Shown: positions 1 to 12,127 of the stretch, piece after piece | Numbering within the stretch: position 1 is the first letter of the stretch | Layout: each line of letters starts with the position of its first letter | Assembly (NCBI RefSeq): GCF_018977255.1 | Contig: NW_024704743.1 | Span: 99,822,001-99,886,000, forward strand | Reading direction: 5' to 3' | Source: Callorhinchus milii | Lineage: Eukaryota | Length of the DNA: 64,000 bases | Notes under the pieces: model-generated | What the model was told of the DNA's origin: nothing | The model's input: only the letters and a program-made list of their open reading frames with translations | Database searches by the model: none | Position numbers and translations under genes: made by a program

Positions 1-129
1 TGCATAATACAAAGCTTGCTACCTGCTTAAATATACAGTAACTACAAAAGTTAATTGTTATTGTAGATTCGGAAGAAATGGTAACAGCAGAGTTCTTGTT
101 TTACACTTCAATCATAGAAGGAAGCTTCC

Positions 130-635
130 TACACACAATTCTGAAACTGACAAACATAATACTTGCTTGAGAAGTTGAAAAAGACCTAAGAGTATTAGTT
201 GACTCATCGCTCACCATGTCAAGACTGTGAGAATCAGCAATAAATAAGGCTAACAGGACGCTGGGTAATAGCCGAATCAGTCGAGTTCAGACACCCAGAA
301 GTTATACTCAAGTTGCATATTGTTCTTGTCAGATGGTACCTTGTTGTATTACAAATAATTCTGATCACCACAACATAAAGGGGATGCCCAGACCCTAAAA
401 CTAGTGCAGGAGTGAACATGTTCCTAGTACTAGAGAGATGTGCTATAAGGAATGTTTAGATAAGCTAGAGCTTTCCAGGCTTTAAAAAAAAGATCTAGCA
501 AGGGACATTTTATATATATATATATATATATAATGCTAAATGGGATCAAGAAAGTAAACCCCGAATAATCCTTTCAGATACATCAAAATGGTAGAACAAG
601 ACAGCACAAGTTCAGGAATTTTGGAATAAAGTCAA
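130..635 (+). mobile_element. CR1-like LINE 3' fragment, degenerate, containing a (TA)n microsatellite at ~511-532
   Basis: Decayed EKDLxVLVDSSLTMS...AINKANRTLG-like coding. Confidence 0.72.
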
Positions 636-2515
636 GAATCTGTGATGGTCTCTGGTCCAGTTCCTGAACCTGGCAGGTTTGCAGTGCTCCAGGATACTGC
701 TGATGACAGACCAGCCAGCATGGTTCATCAGCAGTACTTGGAAGGGCAGACTGGGAGCAGAAATTCTTCCCACTCAGCTCCTGCTAACCCTTCAAGCCAA
801 AGCCCTAACTGATAGTATAGTCCTAGCTGGACAAGCAACAGGAGGCTTGCCAGACAACTCTCTCTGCCTTTTTATCTGGTTAAACTCCAGCAGTGCACCA
901 ACATACAGTCTGCAGACCCCAAGCCTTGGCTCTTGCCTCCACCTTCTTCTTCTCCACTGTGATAAATGCACTAATAGCTGTTGTACCCAAACTGTAGGAC
1001 AAAAACTCCTCTGTATTGTTCTATCATTGATGTGATAATAATTTGAAAACTTCCCCTAAAATAGCCTCAGCAATGTCAGATCTGCCAAGATAACTACTGT
1101 ACCTTGATCAATCTTTTCAGCTGCTGGATGCTGCAAGAGCTTCTCATGAACAACCTTTCAACCAGCCTTTCAATAGGCTACCTTGTCCTTTTTCTCTCCT
1201 TTATCACTACAGATTTGAATCCTGGTGGTTTCTGAGAGTTAGGAATGTTAAAAGGAGCATTAAAGAAGGCCAATCCACCTGTTGGTCTGATGTGCCTACA
1301 TTCTGCCCCTGTTTACACATGTCTAGATTATTAGCGAGCACAGCAATAGTGATCTCTGGCCTTTAGACTTTGCTTCTTTGATATAAACAACATAAAACAA
1401 AATGCTTTGGCTGACTGTTGGAGCCTGAGAAACCTGACGTTTCACAGTCAGGTTCAACAATAGTTTGCACCAAAAATGATTTTTAAAGATCGATATTTTC
1501 AGTAAAATTAGCAAGTACAGAAATACTGATCTCTAGTCTTGTGACGTCATTTCTTTGATCAAAACATCAACAAACAGTTCCTGTTCTGACCCTGATGGGT
1601 GTTGCAATAAAAATTCTATAATATTAAATTTATTGTGTTATTCGATGCAAGCACCAGTACCAAGCTCCCTAATAAATAATTCAGTGATATATTTCCCTGT
1701 ATATGATTTCCATATGCTTTCCAGTTGTATTTCAGAGATGTATTTCTTTTCACTTTTTTTTTGAAACCTTGAAGGTGATTATTATTCCCCACAAAATACA
1801 CAGACATTATATTTTACAAAATATCTTGTGAAGTGGTTTGAGACGTTCTCCCAATACAAGGATTGTTATCCTAATGGTCACCAAATATTGTAAAGGTCAT
1901 TGTTCAGACAGGCTTATTCCAAACTTATTTTAGATCAGTAAGCTTCCCGAAATAAATCACGGAAGAACCTTTCATTCATTGTGGATAGTTTTGACATTGG
2001 AGTTTAAGCCAAAGTTTCCATTCTATTAAAGTTCCATTAAAATCCACCTACGTCTTATTTAAATATTATCCAGTGGCACATTTGCATTGCATGAAAACCA
2101 TTTATTACTCTTGTTTTCACTTTTCATTTCTCTTTCTCTTCAACACTTTAGAAGGTCGGAATTCTGCTGTTAGTAATGTTACCAAACTTGCCTGCATGCA
2201 ATTATAAACACATATAACAAACACTGGCAACTTTATCAACCACAGAATTTCAACCCATAGGTTAGTACTCAACAATATTTAGAAAAATTATACTTACGTT
2301 ATAATAATTCTTGCAATTGATGTAGTTCCTTATCACATTGAAATTTCTCAAGTGAAGTGCAGTGACTGTGTATTTGTAGGTACATGTGAAAGCCAATTGT
2401 TACAACAGTGACAAAGCTGCTCAGATATCAGGAATAAGTTTTTTGTGTAATATTAACCATCACTCAGAAAACATAAACCCTAAAACAGTTTACACTGAAA
2501 TATTTGAAATTGTAC

Positions 2516-2832
2516 AATAATAATAATAATCCTTGTATTTGATATAGCGCTTTTCACGTCGGGAGGACGTCCCAAAGCGCTTCACAGAACACACTGTAAG
2601 GTGAATTGACTGTACATTTGTGGGCGAACGCGGCAGCCAATTGCGCACAGCAATGTCCCACAAACAGTCGTAGATTGAAAATGACCAATTTATTATTGTT
2701 TTTGGTTTTGGAGGGATTATTATTAGGCGTGTGGAGTAAGGAAACTTGCCCAAGGTTTCGCCCTGCCTGGAATTGAACTCAGGTCTCTCGCTTGCAAAGC
2801 GAGTGCTCTAACCACTGAGCTACAGGACTCCA
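2516..2832 (-). mobile_element. Full-length young tRNA-Ala-derived SINE (~315 bp)
   Basis: Head GGAGTCCTGTAGCTCAGTGGTTAGAGC...TTTGCAA...GAGTTCAATTCC with A and B boxes. L2-like 3' stem-loop and (ATT)n tail. Near-identical to the other copies in the window. Confidence 0.92.
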
Positions 2833-4289
2833 GAATGACACCAGTCCCCATCATTCCTTTTCTTTCATGCTCTTTTCCCTATTCTCTCTCTTATTTTGTA
2901 ACTTATTCTTAACTACTATTGACCCTTTTCTCAACTTTTTAATAATAATCTTTGCATTTGGTATTTTGTGTAGCTTTTTATCACATCAATGAGATTCTAA
3001 CTTTCTGGCAACTTTTCACCTTTACCACCATTCTGTTACTTTTCTTCTATTTGCATTTGGTTCCCACCATCAATGATTATTCCATGGCGTTGATAGTTAC
3101 TGTTAAAAGGATTTTGCACAATGTACCATTTTCTAACCTGGCTCCTTTCAAGAAACACACAGCAGTACTTGCACAATGTTCCGTTGCCATTATAATTTTT
3201 CACCAGCAACTCGGTATTTAAATTGTAACATTTCTCCCAACCACCCTAAGCAATGTATAACAGAAATAGTCATCAAGTCTGAACTTCCCATTGAATTTAA
3301 CTTGAATGGCTTTTGCTCTATTTTTTATCTGAAGGTCAGTTTCACTTTTGCTTTGTGACTAATTGTCAACACACATTGTGTGGAGTTGATGCCTCCACCA
3401 CATTCAAAGCAGGAATTAATGTTTAGTGTAACATCCTCTGAGCTAAGAATATTCATTTATTCAAGGGCAATACTTTGTTTCTCGACCAACCCATTCACAG
3501 AATAAAAGTCAGTTTTTACTTTTTATGCTGTCAAAAGAAAAGCTAAGTTCTGAAAATTGTCAGCTTTCCTCAATTTGTCTCCTTGTTGAAATTCTCCAGA
3601 ACAGTACAATTTACATTTAAATAGAGGAGGATGTCTCAAAGCATGTAACACTACTGACTTGGCATCCTAACTGGCTGTGGAAGCCAAAGGGAGTTGGAAA
3701 GGAAAAAGATGACTGAAAGCTGTCAAAGAAATAGGTTTCCAATATGACTGACAATGTAAAAGATGATCCTGGATTTGTAGAAGGAATCAGTAATTATTTA
3801 TTTGTGCAAATAATGCTAGTTTGGTTTAGAGAAATTCCAAGGTCAGTGGATTAGAGGATTATGAAAGGTACTTATGGCTGTCCTTTAAACTTACTGAACT
3901 TCACTTTTAATGTTTATTAACAAGATTGTATAATGTAGATTTCACCAAATTATGTGGTTAATTTGTGGTGCACCATTGAGAGAGCCGAAGCAGTGGGGTG
4001 GCTAATGCAACATTTGATGTGAGAATTATCACTGCTGATTAACAGCACGTTGATAAAGTTGCAGTCAAACCAGTCAATATATATTGTCAATAGTTACTGA
4101 CTGGTTGTAGGGGTGGAAAAAGGAATCAAACAATTCATGAGAAGATCTAATTGGAGAGAAAAATAAAATCTAAAAACACTAAATGAATTATATTCATAAT
4201 AATAATCCTTTCATTTGATATAGCACTTTATCATGTCATTGAGAAATCTCAAGGGTACTTCACAGGATTTCAACCATATCAACCTGTTC

Positions 4290-4577
4290 GTTCCCTTCGC
4301 TCAGCAGGCTCCAGCTGGCTCCATGTCCCCCGCTCGGCCCGCCGCACCTTCGGCAGTCGGGCCTTCACCTTCTCTGCCCCCACTCTTTGGAACTCCATTG
4401 CACATTCCCTTTGCCTCGCTCCCTTCCTTGCCTCCTTCAAGGCAGGTCTCAAGATCCTCCTCTTCGACCGTGTCTTCGACCACACTCCTATCCTCCCCTG
4501 GCCTCACCCTCCCTAATCGGGTCCAAATCGCTGACTGTCCAGCGCTTTGGATGTTCTCCCAATTTGAAAGGTGTTAG
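4290..4577 (+). mobile_element. L2 3'-end fragment
   Basis: Matches the [13 protein letters not shown]...FKAGLKTLLFDRAF-encoding 3' end and terminal stem-loop of the other L2 copies. Confidence 0.8.
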
Positions 4578-7500
4578 ACAATTTTTGTATTGTATTTACT
4601 GTAAAGGGTGGTGACTGTGTTTTGTAGTCTAATGCGGCAGCCATTTTACACACAGCAACGTCCTACAAGCAGTCATGAAGTGAATGACATTTTTTTTCCC
4701 TGGGGGATTGTTGGCCAAAACACTGGGATAAACTTCTATTTTTGAACAGCGTCCTGGGATCTGTAATGTCCACCTGAACAGGCAGACTAGTTAGTTTAAC
4801 TTTTCATCTGAGGGCCAGCACCTCTGACAATGCAGCACTCTCTTACCACTGCATTGGAGTGTCAGCCTCAATTAGAATATCAGATCAAAGTCCAGCTATA
4901 TTTAGGCATGAGCACTCCAATGTTACAGAAGTAAATGGCTTTGCAATCAATTTATGCAATAAAATACAAAAAGGTTTTGTGCAGGTCCAGAGGGATTATG
5001 GGTACACATAAATTAATTCAATCGTTTTTTAATGATTGTATCAAGCCTAAATTAAATGAATAAATTAGTCACCAGAGTACGTACGGGAACTGAGAATTAT
5101 GAATTGATATCAATCAGTCTCTCTTAATTTGGACTGTCTGTTCTTGCCTGACCAAGTGCCATCCTAGATCCATTTTATTATTGGTGTTTGTTTGCCATTT
5201 GCCCCATCAATCTGTTACAAACTATTTGCCTGAGGTATAAATTGCAAGATTTCTCCCACTCCATTTCTGGTTTGAGATGGTTATGTGAAAGGTGCTATAT
5301 AAGTGCAAGTCATTATTGCTGTTGTTGTTTTCATCCATGTGAACTATGCGCTACAAGTATTTTTGCCCAACATCCTTCATGGACAGAAACACGAATAGAA
5401 TCACACAAAACAGACAGAAATCAGGAACATGTCCTTTTGCATCACAATCAAGAAGGAGAAAGGAATGAAAAGGATTAATAATTAATAATTTGTACAGGTA
5501 ACATTATTTTGAATTTTTGTGCCGTTTGCAACAGATTAGATTGGATAACTTGGGTCAGCAAAGCTTCAAATTCGTATTTATTCAGAATTTTGAACTTGCA
5601 GCAAGTGACTGCAATAAACAAAGCAGAATTATTTAATCCAATTGTAGTTTGAAGTCAGTCTCCCACTGTTCAACCCAGCAGGTGGCCATGTCTGTGAAAT
5701 GGGAGATTCTCATGAAGTTGGTTGATCTGCATGTTTAATGTGAATATCCTGTTAATTGTGCAGAAATGAACAAAGACCAAGGCCTCAGGATAAACCCAAG
5801 TGAATTGTTCAATTAATTTCATCTGCAATTTTCACAGGACCGAAAGACAATACCAACTTGCATTTATAAAGCACCCTTCATGCAGGATGGAGTCTCAGAC
5901 TGCTTCAGCATTCCATTTTAGTGATGAGAATGTTATTTCCAAGTTCTGGACCAAATTCATGGTTTGAATAATGAAGACTATAAATTGAATGATTTTTTAT
6001 TTTATTAGAACTTTTATTAGAACTAACATCACTTCAAATGAAAAATGTTGAGATCAGCAATTGTTTTGCTGATTTGCATTTTCAATTCAAATTTGAGTGA
6101 AATATTTGAATATTAAATTGAAGACATCAGCCTTTGATGAAAATAAAATATTGCAGCAATATTGAAATGCCTACCAAACACAGAGTCACTACACTTTATG
6201 CTAAATCCTGTGAAGCGCTTTGTGGCATCCTATTCTCCTACTACTAAACCCACTTCTGTTACTCTGCTCATAAATTTGTGAATTGTATGTAGCCTTGCAG
6301 AATATGGTTGTTGCCAAATGTTGAGCAATCATATATATGTCTGCATCTTTTACAGTTGTAATGAAACACTCGGACCAATCAAATGATGTAAATCTAAACA
6401 TAAGAAAATAGCAATATACATAACCATAGAAGAATATTGCAAATTATAGAAGACATACAGCCAGTCCAAAAATAACTAACCCTGGGCATTTTTTTCTAGC
6501 CATTTATTTCCCTTTCAAAGTTTGTAATACAGTGGAGTTGAGAAAGTGTTCAATGGGAAAATGGCAATCAGTATAAAGAGAAAAATGGCAGTCTCTCTAG
6601 AAAATAACCTTGGGACATAAAATACACCTTTGCCAACCAACACCACCCATCTCACTAATGCTAGTCAACTGATGAGAAGTTGGGTTCAGTGCAGTACGAT
6701 CTCGGGTCGGAGCTGAGATCTTTGAGTTGGCTTAATGTAAACAAGGCTTCCTGAAGAGATGCACTTAACATCCGGAGGCATGTGTTCTGGTGCTGGGTAT
6801 CATCTACTTTCCTGTTTTCAAATGCACTGCCGCAGCACCCAAAATGGAGTCATACCAAGACATCCCAGAAAATACGACCATAGCGACTGCACAGCCATGA
6901 AAAAACAAATGCTACAGATGAGAACAACTAAAAAAAAACCTGAGTTTTAGGAATGTTATTCTTCCAGTTGGTAACAGCTGCCTTTGCCATTAAGTATGAA
7001 GCAGTAAGCAACACATGACATTTGTAAAGTACCAGTGTTTACAAGCCGATCACTTGGGTCTTTGTATAAATGTCATTGTGTTGAAAGAACACTCACAACT
7101 AAATCTGAACAATTCAAATTAGAAAAATTGCAGTTTTGTGAAGTTCCCTTTGATGTATGCCATAATCATATTCATATTCTGGTTCAGGATTCATCTATAT
7201 TTGATTATGCACGTAGAGCACTCCTATAATAATAATAATCCTTTCATTTGATGTAGTGCCTTACCACATCACTGAAATGTCTCAAAGCGCTTCACAGAAT
7301 ATACTGTAAAGTGATCTGACTATATTTTGTGGGCAAAACGCGGCAGCCAATTGCACACGGCAGTGTCCTACAAACAGTCGTGGATTGAGTGACCAAATTA
7401 TTATTATATTGTCTTTAATAGTGTGAGAAAAATAGAGGTCAGAAACTCATTAACTCTAGCAGTGTACATTTCATCCCCCCTCAGAAAAATAAATCTAAAC

Positions 7501-7639
7501 TACACTTTACAACGAAAGGGAATAAATGCAAAAAAAAGTTGGTGTAACTAATTTTTTTGCTGCATAGATATTTGAAGAACTATTTCTCATTTAATTTTTA
7601 ATTGATGGGAATATTTCTTAACTCTAACTCTAAAAGCTG

Positions 7640-8152
7640 GCTGAGCGGAGGGAACGGGCGGGTTGGTAGGGGGTTAGGAGGTCACAGAGGTAGGGTGGGG
7701 CGAGGCCATGGAGGGCTTTGCATGTAAGGAGCCAATGGAGTGGGGGAGATGGAGTCACGGAGTTTGGTGCAGGAGAGGACACGGGCTGCAGAGTTCTGGA
7801 TTATCTACAGTTTGTGGAGGGAGGAGTTGCGAAGCCGACAAGCAGGACGTTTGCATAGTTGAGCCTGGAGGTGATGAAGGCACGAACAAGAGTTTCAGCG
7901 GCCTGTGGGGTGAGGTAGTGGCGGAGTCGGGCGATGTTACAGAGGTGAGGGAAGGCAGAGCGGGTCATGGCTTGAATCTGGGGGAGAAAAGACAGTTGAG
8001 GGTCAAACAAGACACCTAGGTTCCTGACTGGCTTGGTGAGTTGTAGTGTGCAACCATGGAGGTTGATGCTGCCAGAGCCTGAGATGCTGAGGTGCTGGCG
8101 CGAGCCAATCAGGAGGGCCTCAGTCTTGTTCACATTCAACTGTAGGAGATTT
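7640..8152 (-). mobile_element. L2 LINE fragment
   Basis: [15 protein letters not shown]...[13 protein letters not shown]...ITSRLNYAN. Confidence 0.87.
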
Positions 8153-11100
8153 GAATACTCTGAATATATCACAGTCCTCCAGAATTTAAGATATAAATGG
8201 AAAAAAATGACAGTCATCCTGGAAAAAATGCTTTGGCCATAAAATCCACCTTTTCCAAATAACTCCACACCTCTCAAACAAGATCCAAGAAGTGCCAGGA
8301 ATGCAGAACCTGATCTATAGTGTTTTTCCTGCAACTCCCAAGTTTTTAAATAGGATCCACATGAAGTTCAGCTAGTTGAAAATGTCTAGTAGATTTAGTT
8401 ACCTGAATAGCTAATTGCTAGTAAACGTAAATGACATTGCTAAGTTTGCAATGCTGCATTGGTTTTGACTGGATTCCTTCTGCTCTCTTTCCTTGGTCAC
8501 AAACATAAAAGTCTCTCAAGCTACCCACACAAAGCAATAAAAGTGAATTAAACAGACCATTATAGTCGTGTCTCCAAACATCTTCTTTTAATGGATAAAG
8601 AAAGTACTGACCCTGAGACAGAAAGAAGCTAATCACTGGTTGAACTCATGCAGTCACTCCACATGAGATGCATGTGATATTGTCCAGCCATGTGAGTCAC
8701 GGCAGCAGGCCTCATGCTGAGTCGTCATGAGTCCCCGCTGATCTCCACGCAAGGTGAAGAAATGAAGACAGGCTGACAGTTCAGATTGTCACATTTTACG
8801 ACCTGCTGCTCTGCTGGTAGCAGATATCAGTAATATCTGTGAAAGCCATGACAAACCTAAGTGGACCAGCTGCATTGTCTGGTACTAAATGAATCACCAA
8901 AGGCACCATAAGATATGATGGGCTTTCATATCCGTGAGGGAATACTGCTGACAGTTCAATATTCTACCTATTCCAGGGCTGAATTGTTTGTGATTTCTTA
9001 AAGCATTCTGGAACATAGATAGTGAATTGGAGTTTTTCACTCTTGACTCACTCTTTCAAGTGAATTAACGTGTCGTTGAGTAGTGAAGTGGGAAGGGATA
9101 GGAAATAAAGACACCAAATTTCTGCAGTTATTACCTGTTATCATTTGTCAGGTTTCAGCTGATGGAATAGTTTGGAAGACTTATCACGTATTATTATTAG
9201 GCAAAAGAAGGCAAAAGTCATGTCAAACTAATAACCATTGAACCACACAAACATTGCTTTTCATTTGTTTTTACCAGAAAGAAAAAAAGTAACTTAAAAC
9301 AACCACAACATTTATATAGCACCCCTCATGCAGAGTAACATCTCAGAGTATTTTACAAAGGCGGGTTAGATATCGATTAAGGGAAAGGGGGAGAGGCAGG
9401 TAGCCATATAGTGCTTCCAAAGAGGTTGAATTTGAGGTGGGACTTCAAGACCAAAAGAGCGGTGAAACTGGTATCCAGTTTACTCATCTAGTTTAAGTCT
9501 CTGCTACTCACGTTGCAATAGTGTGTTACAAGTCCATAGTGGGACAGACACCTTAAGGTTTGTAAAGTAATAAGCACCTTCTGGAATATATGTACACAGG
9601 AAATACATTTAAAATGGAACTTATCTTTTATAATCGGAAGTTTAAATAAATAATAACTACATTTCTAAGACTGGAGGGCCCAGGCAATAGATATAGTTTC
9701 CTTATAAGGCAGAGAGGTGTCAGTGTTTGATCTTTTGCACTGACTAGTTTTTACCTAAAGCCACAGACTGATCTGCTCAGACATTGTCAGATTTGTTGGT
9801 CAATTAGAGAATCAAATAACTGTCGAGCCAGAGGCCAAAAATTACATGGGCCTTTATGAGGAAATTTGAGGAATGGCTTACTAATGGTGCTGTAGTCATT
9901 ATGAAAGAAAAGTCAGTTTGCTTGCTGACTGGTCTCACTTCCAAAGCACAAATCTTAAATTAATTACATAAGAAGGTGGCAGTGCAGTGATAATCATTTA
10001 TTTTCTGCAACAGCAACAACAACACAATTACATTGGTATAGCGCCTTTCAGATCGGGAGGACGTCCCAAGACGCTGGACACCAAACTAGGATTTAGTCCC
10101 TAGTATAATCACAAAATATTACAACCTCACTACATTACGTGAATTACATTTCGAATGTTGTAGCCCATGGGTGCAATAAAGCAGCTAATGGATTTTTTGC
10201 AGAATAGCCTCTGCTCTGCGGAGATCGACCTCTGAGACTGAGTCACAGGGGCATCATTACAACTATAAAGCTGTTAAGAAATGATTTTCTAAATGTTGGT
10301 CAACGCTCAAGGTCTCATTAATGTCACTATCATATCATCTATATTGCAAGAGCATCATTGCATTATAGACACACCATTTAGTTGATAAGTATATTTTCCA
10401 ATGTTGTGCTGTATAAATTAATATCTAATGTGAGTTGGCAGTTCGAGTTATAGGGAGAGTGAGTACACCTTTCACTCTTCCAGGAAGGCACAACTTCTAT
10501 CCAAGGTTCTGTGATTCAAGTCACTCAAACATCCAAGATTCCAATAACATCAGAAAAAGAAAGAACAGACTTTGGTGATACAAGAACACAGCTGTCAGAG
10601 ATTTAACATCCATGATTAGCAGCATTCACAAACAAGAAACGTTTCATTCTGGCCATGAACTCTGATATTTTACAGTGATGTACAACATACAAGCATTCCT
10701 CCATAATATTATCTATTGTAGCCCCGTTTATTGAATCGATGCAAATTTATATGTCTTTTTGTGTTATTAATTAAATGAGTTATTCAACATAGAATATAAG
10801 TGAGTTTGGTCCCTCTGTTCTCGGATTCCCAACTTTATATTTTGGCTAAACAGAATAAGCTGCTCTTTTCTGGTCTCAGCTTTTGTCCTTGGCTTCAACA
10901 GAGCGTTAAGTTCCACTGCTGGCCACATCTACGAACCCAACAATTTCAACAATGTTAATTAACATCTGTGTGACATTAATTAATAATAATAATAATCCTT
11001 GATTTGATATAGCTCTTTATCACGTCTTGGCGAAAGTCAAGGTTCAGCAATCCCAGAGTGTGCATTGGGATACTGCTGGAGTTTAACCAGTTAAAACCGC

Positions 11101-11221
11101 AACCATTAGCAAGCTTCCCGCTGCTTGTCCAGCAAGGACATCTTACCCATTAGGGTTAATAGGTGTCAAATGACTTGTTTAAGCCAGCTGATGGAATATA
11201 GTTCTACAAACTGGTGTGTAA

Positions 11222-11612
11222 TTTCAAGTTCAGGAGGTTGAGGAGTATATTGATTGAGATATATAAAATTATGAATGGATTTGACAGGTTGAATAGTGAG
11301 CAACTGTTTCCTCTGGCGAGAGAATTGAGGACTAAAGGCCATTATTTTGAACTTGAGGCTAAACGGTTTAGAAGTGAAATGAGGAAGCATTTTTTCATGC
11401 AGCATAAGGTGGGAGTGTGGAATCCACTCCCCCAGAGGACAATACAGTTGAATAATTTAAAAGGCAGATAGATATATGCTTGATAGACAGCGATGTCAGG
11501 GCATATGCAGAGAAGGTTGGGAGGTGGAACTGAGTTGCAGATTGGCCACGATCTTTAAAAGTGATGGGATAGGCTCAATGGGCCGAATGGCCTGCTCCTG
11601 TTCCTATGTTCC
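11222..11612 (+). mobile_element. CR1 LINE 3' end
   Basis: RRLRSILIEIYKIMNGFD...RKHFFMQ...VWNPLP and the 3' UTR gggccgaatggcctgctcctgttcctatgttcct. Confidence 0.85.
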
Positions 11613-11784
11613 TTTATTACTGCATCAGGAGTCCAATACAGAGATCAATTACCTGGAAGTCCAGTGCCAGCTTCTTGGACCAGCCATCGGTTTCCAAATT
11701 AAAACTGAATGAAAGAATATTTAAAAATTCTAAACAATCATAAACTTTAAAACAAAGAACTAAAGGATAACAGCATTAGAAATG

Positions 11785-12127
11785 TTATGTCTCACATTTT
11801 TCCCCTCCAAAATTCTCCACACATTTTTGAAGGTACTGATTCATGCTGTGTACAACGAATAGGTACCAATAGCCTGTATTTTGTCCGCATGCCCATTCCT
11901 CATGTGTGAGACCAGTCAGTGCATGTTGCAGGAAATATGACTGTGCCATCATTGCCCAACTCAATCCTATCCTTATCCAACATCCATGCACATTTGCAAA
12001 TTTTCCAGTAGGACTCACCAGATAGCAATATGGAGTGGACATCTTGTTGATTTGAGGCATTGAGGTAAATTGTAGCTCGCTCGCTCGCTCACATGCACCA
12101 GGCATTGTATTTACTGACTGAGCCAAG
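11785..12127 (-). mobile_element. Old SINE-like repeat (tggctcagtcagtaaat head), related to ~43850-44220 and ~59550-59850
   Basis: A-box-like head and colinear blocks (cctgctggaaaa, ggat.ggatt/cggg.t.ggc.gtgatg) shared among the copies. Confidence 0.55.

Noticed and set aside
2490..2753. Recurrent ORF MGKFPYSTRLIIIPPKPKT...KDYYYY (also 19814, 25182, 40923, 48104, 55687) suggesting a small-protein family
   Set aside because: It is simply the translation of the young SINE, opened at a non-ATG start. The poly-Y comes from the (ATT)n tail.
6700..6950. GC-balanced stretch resembling a coding exon
   Set aside because: Frames tried on both strands gave short peptides with no recognisable homology or consistent splice pair.
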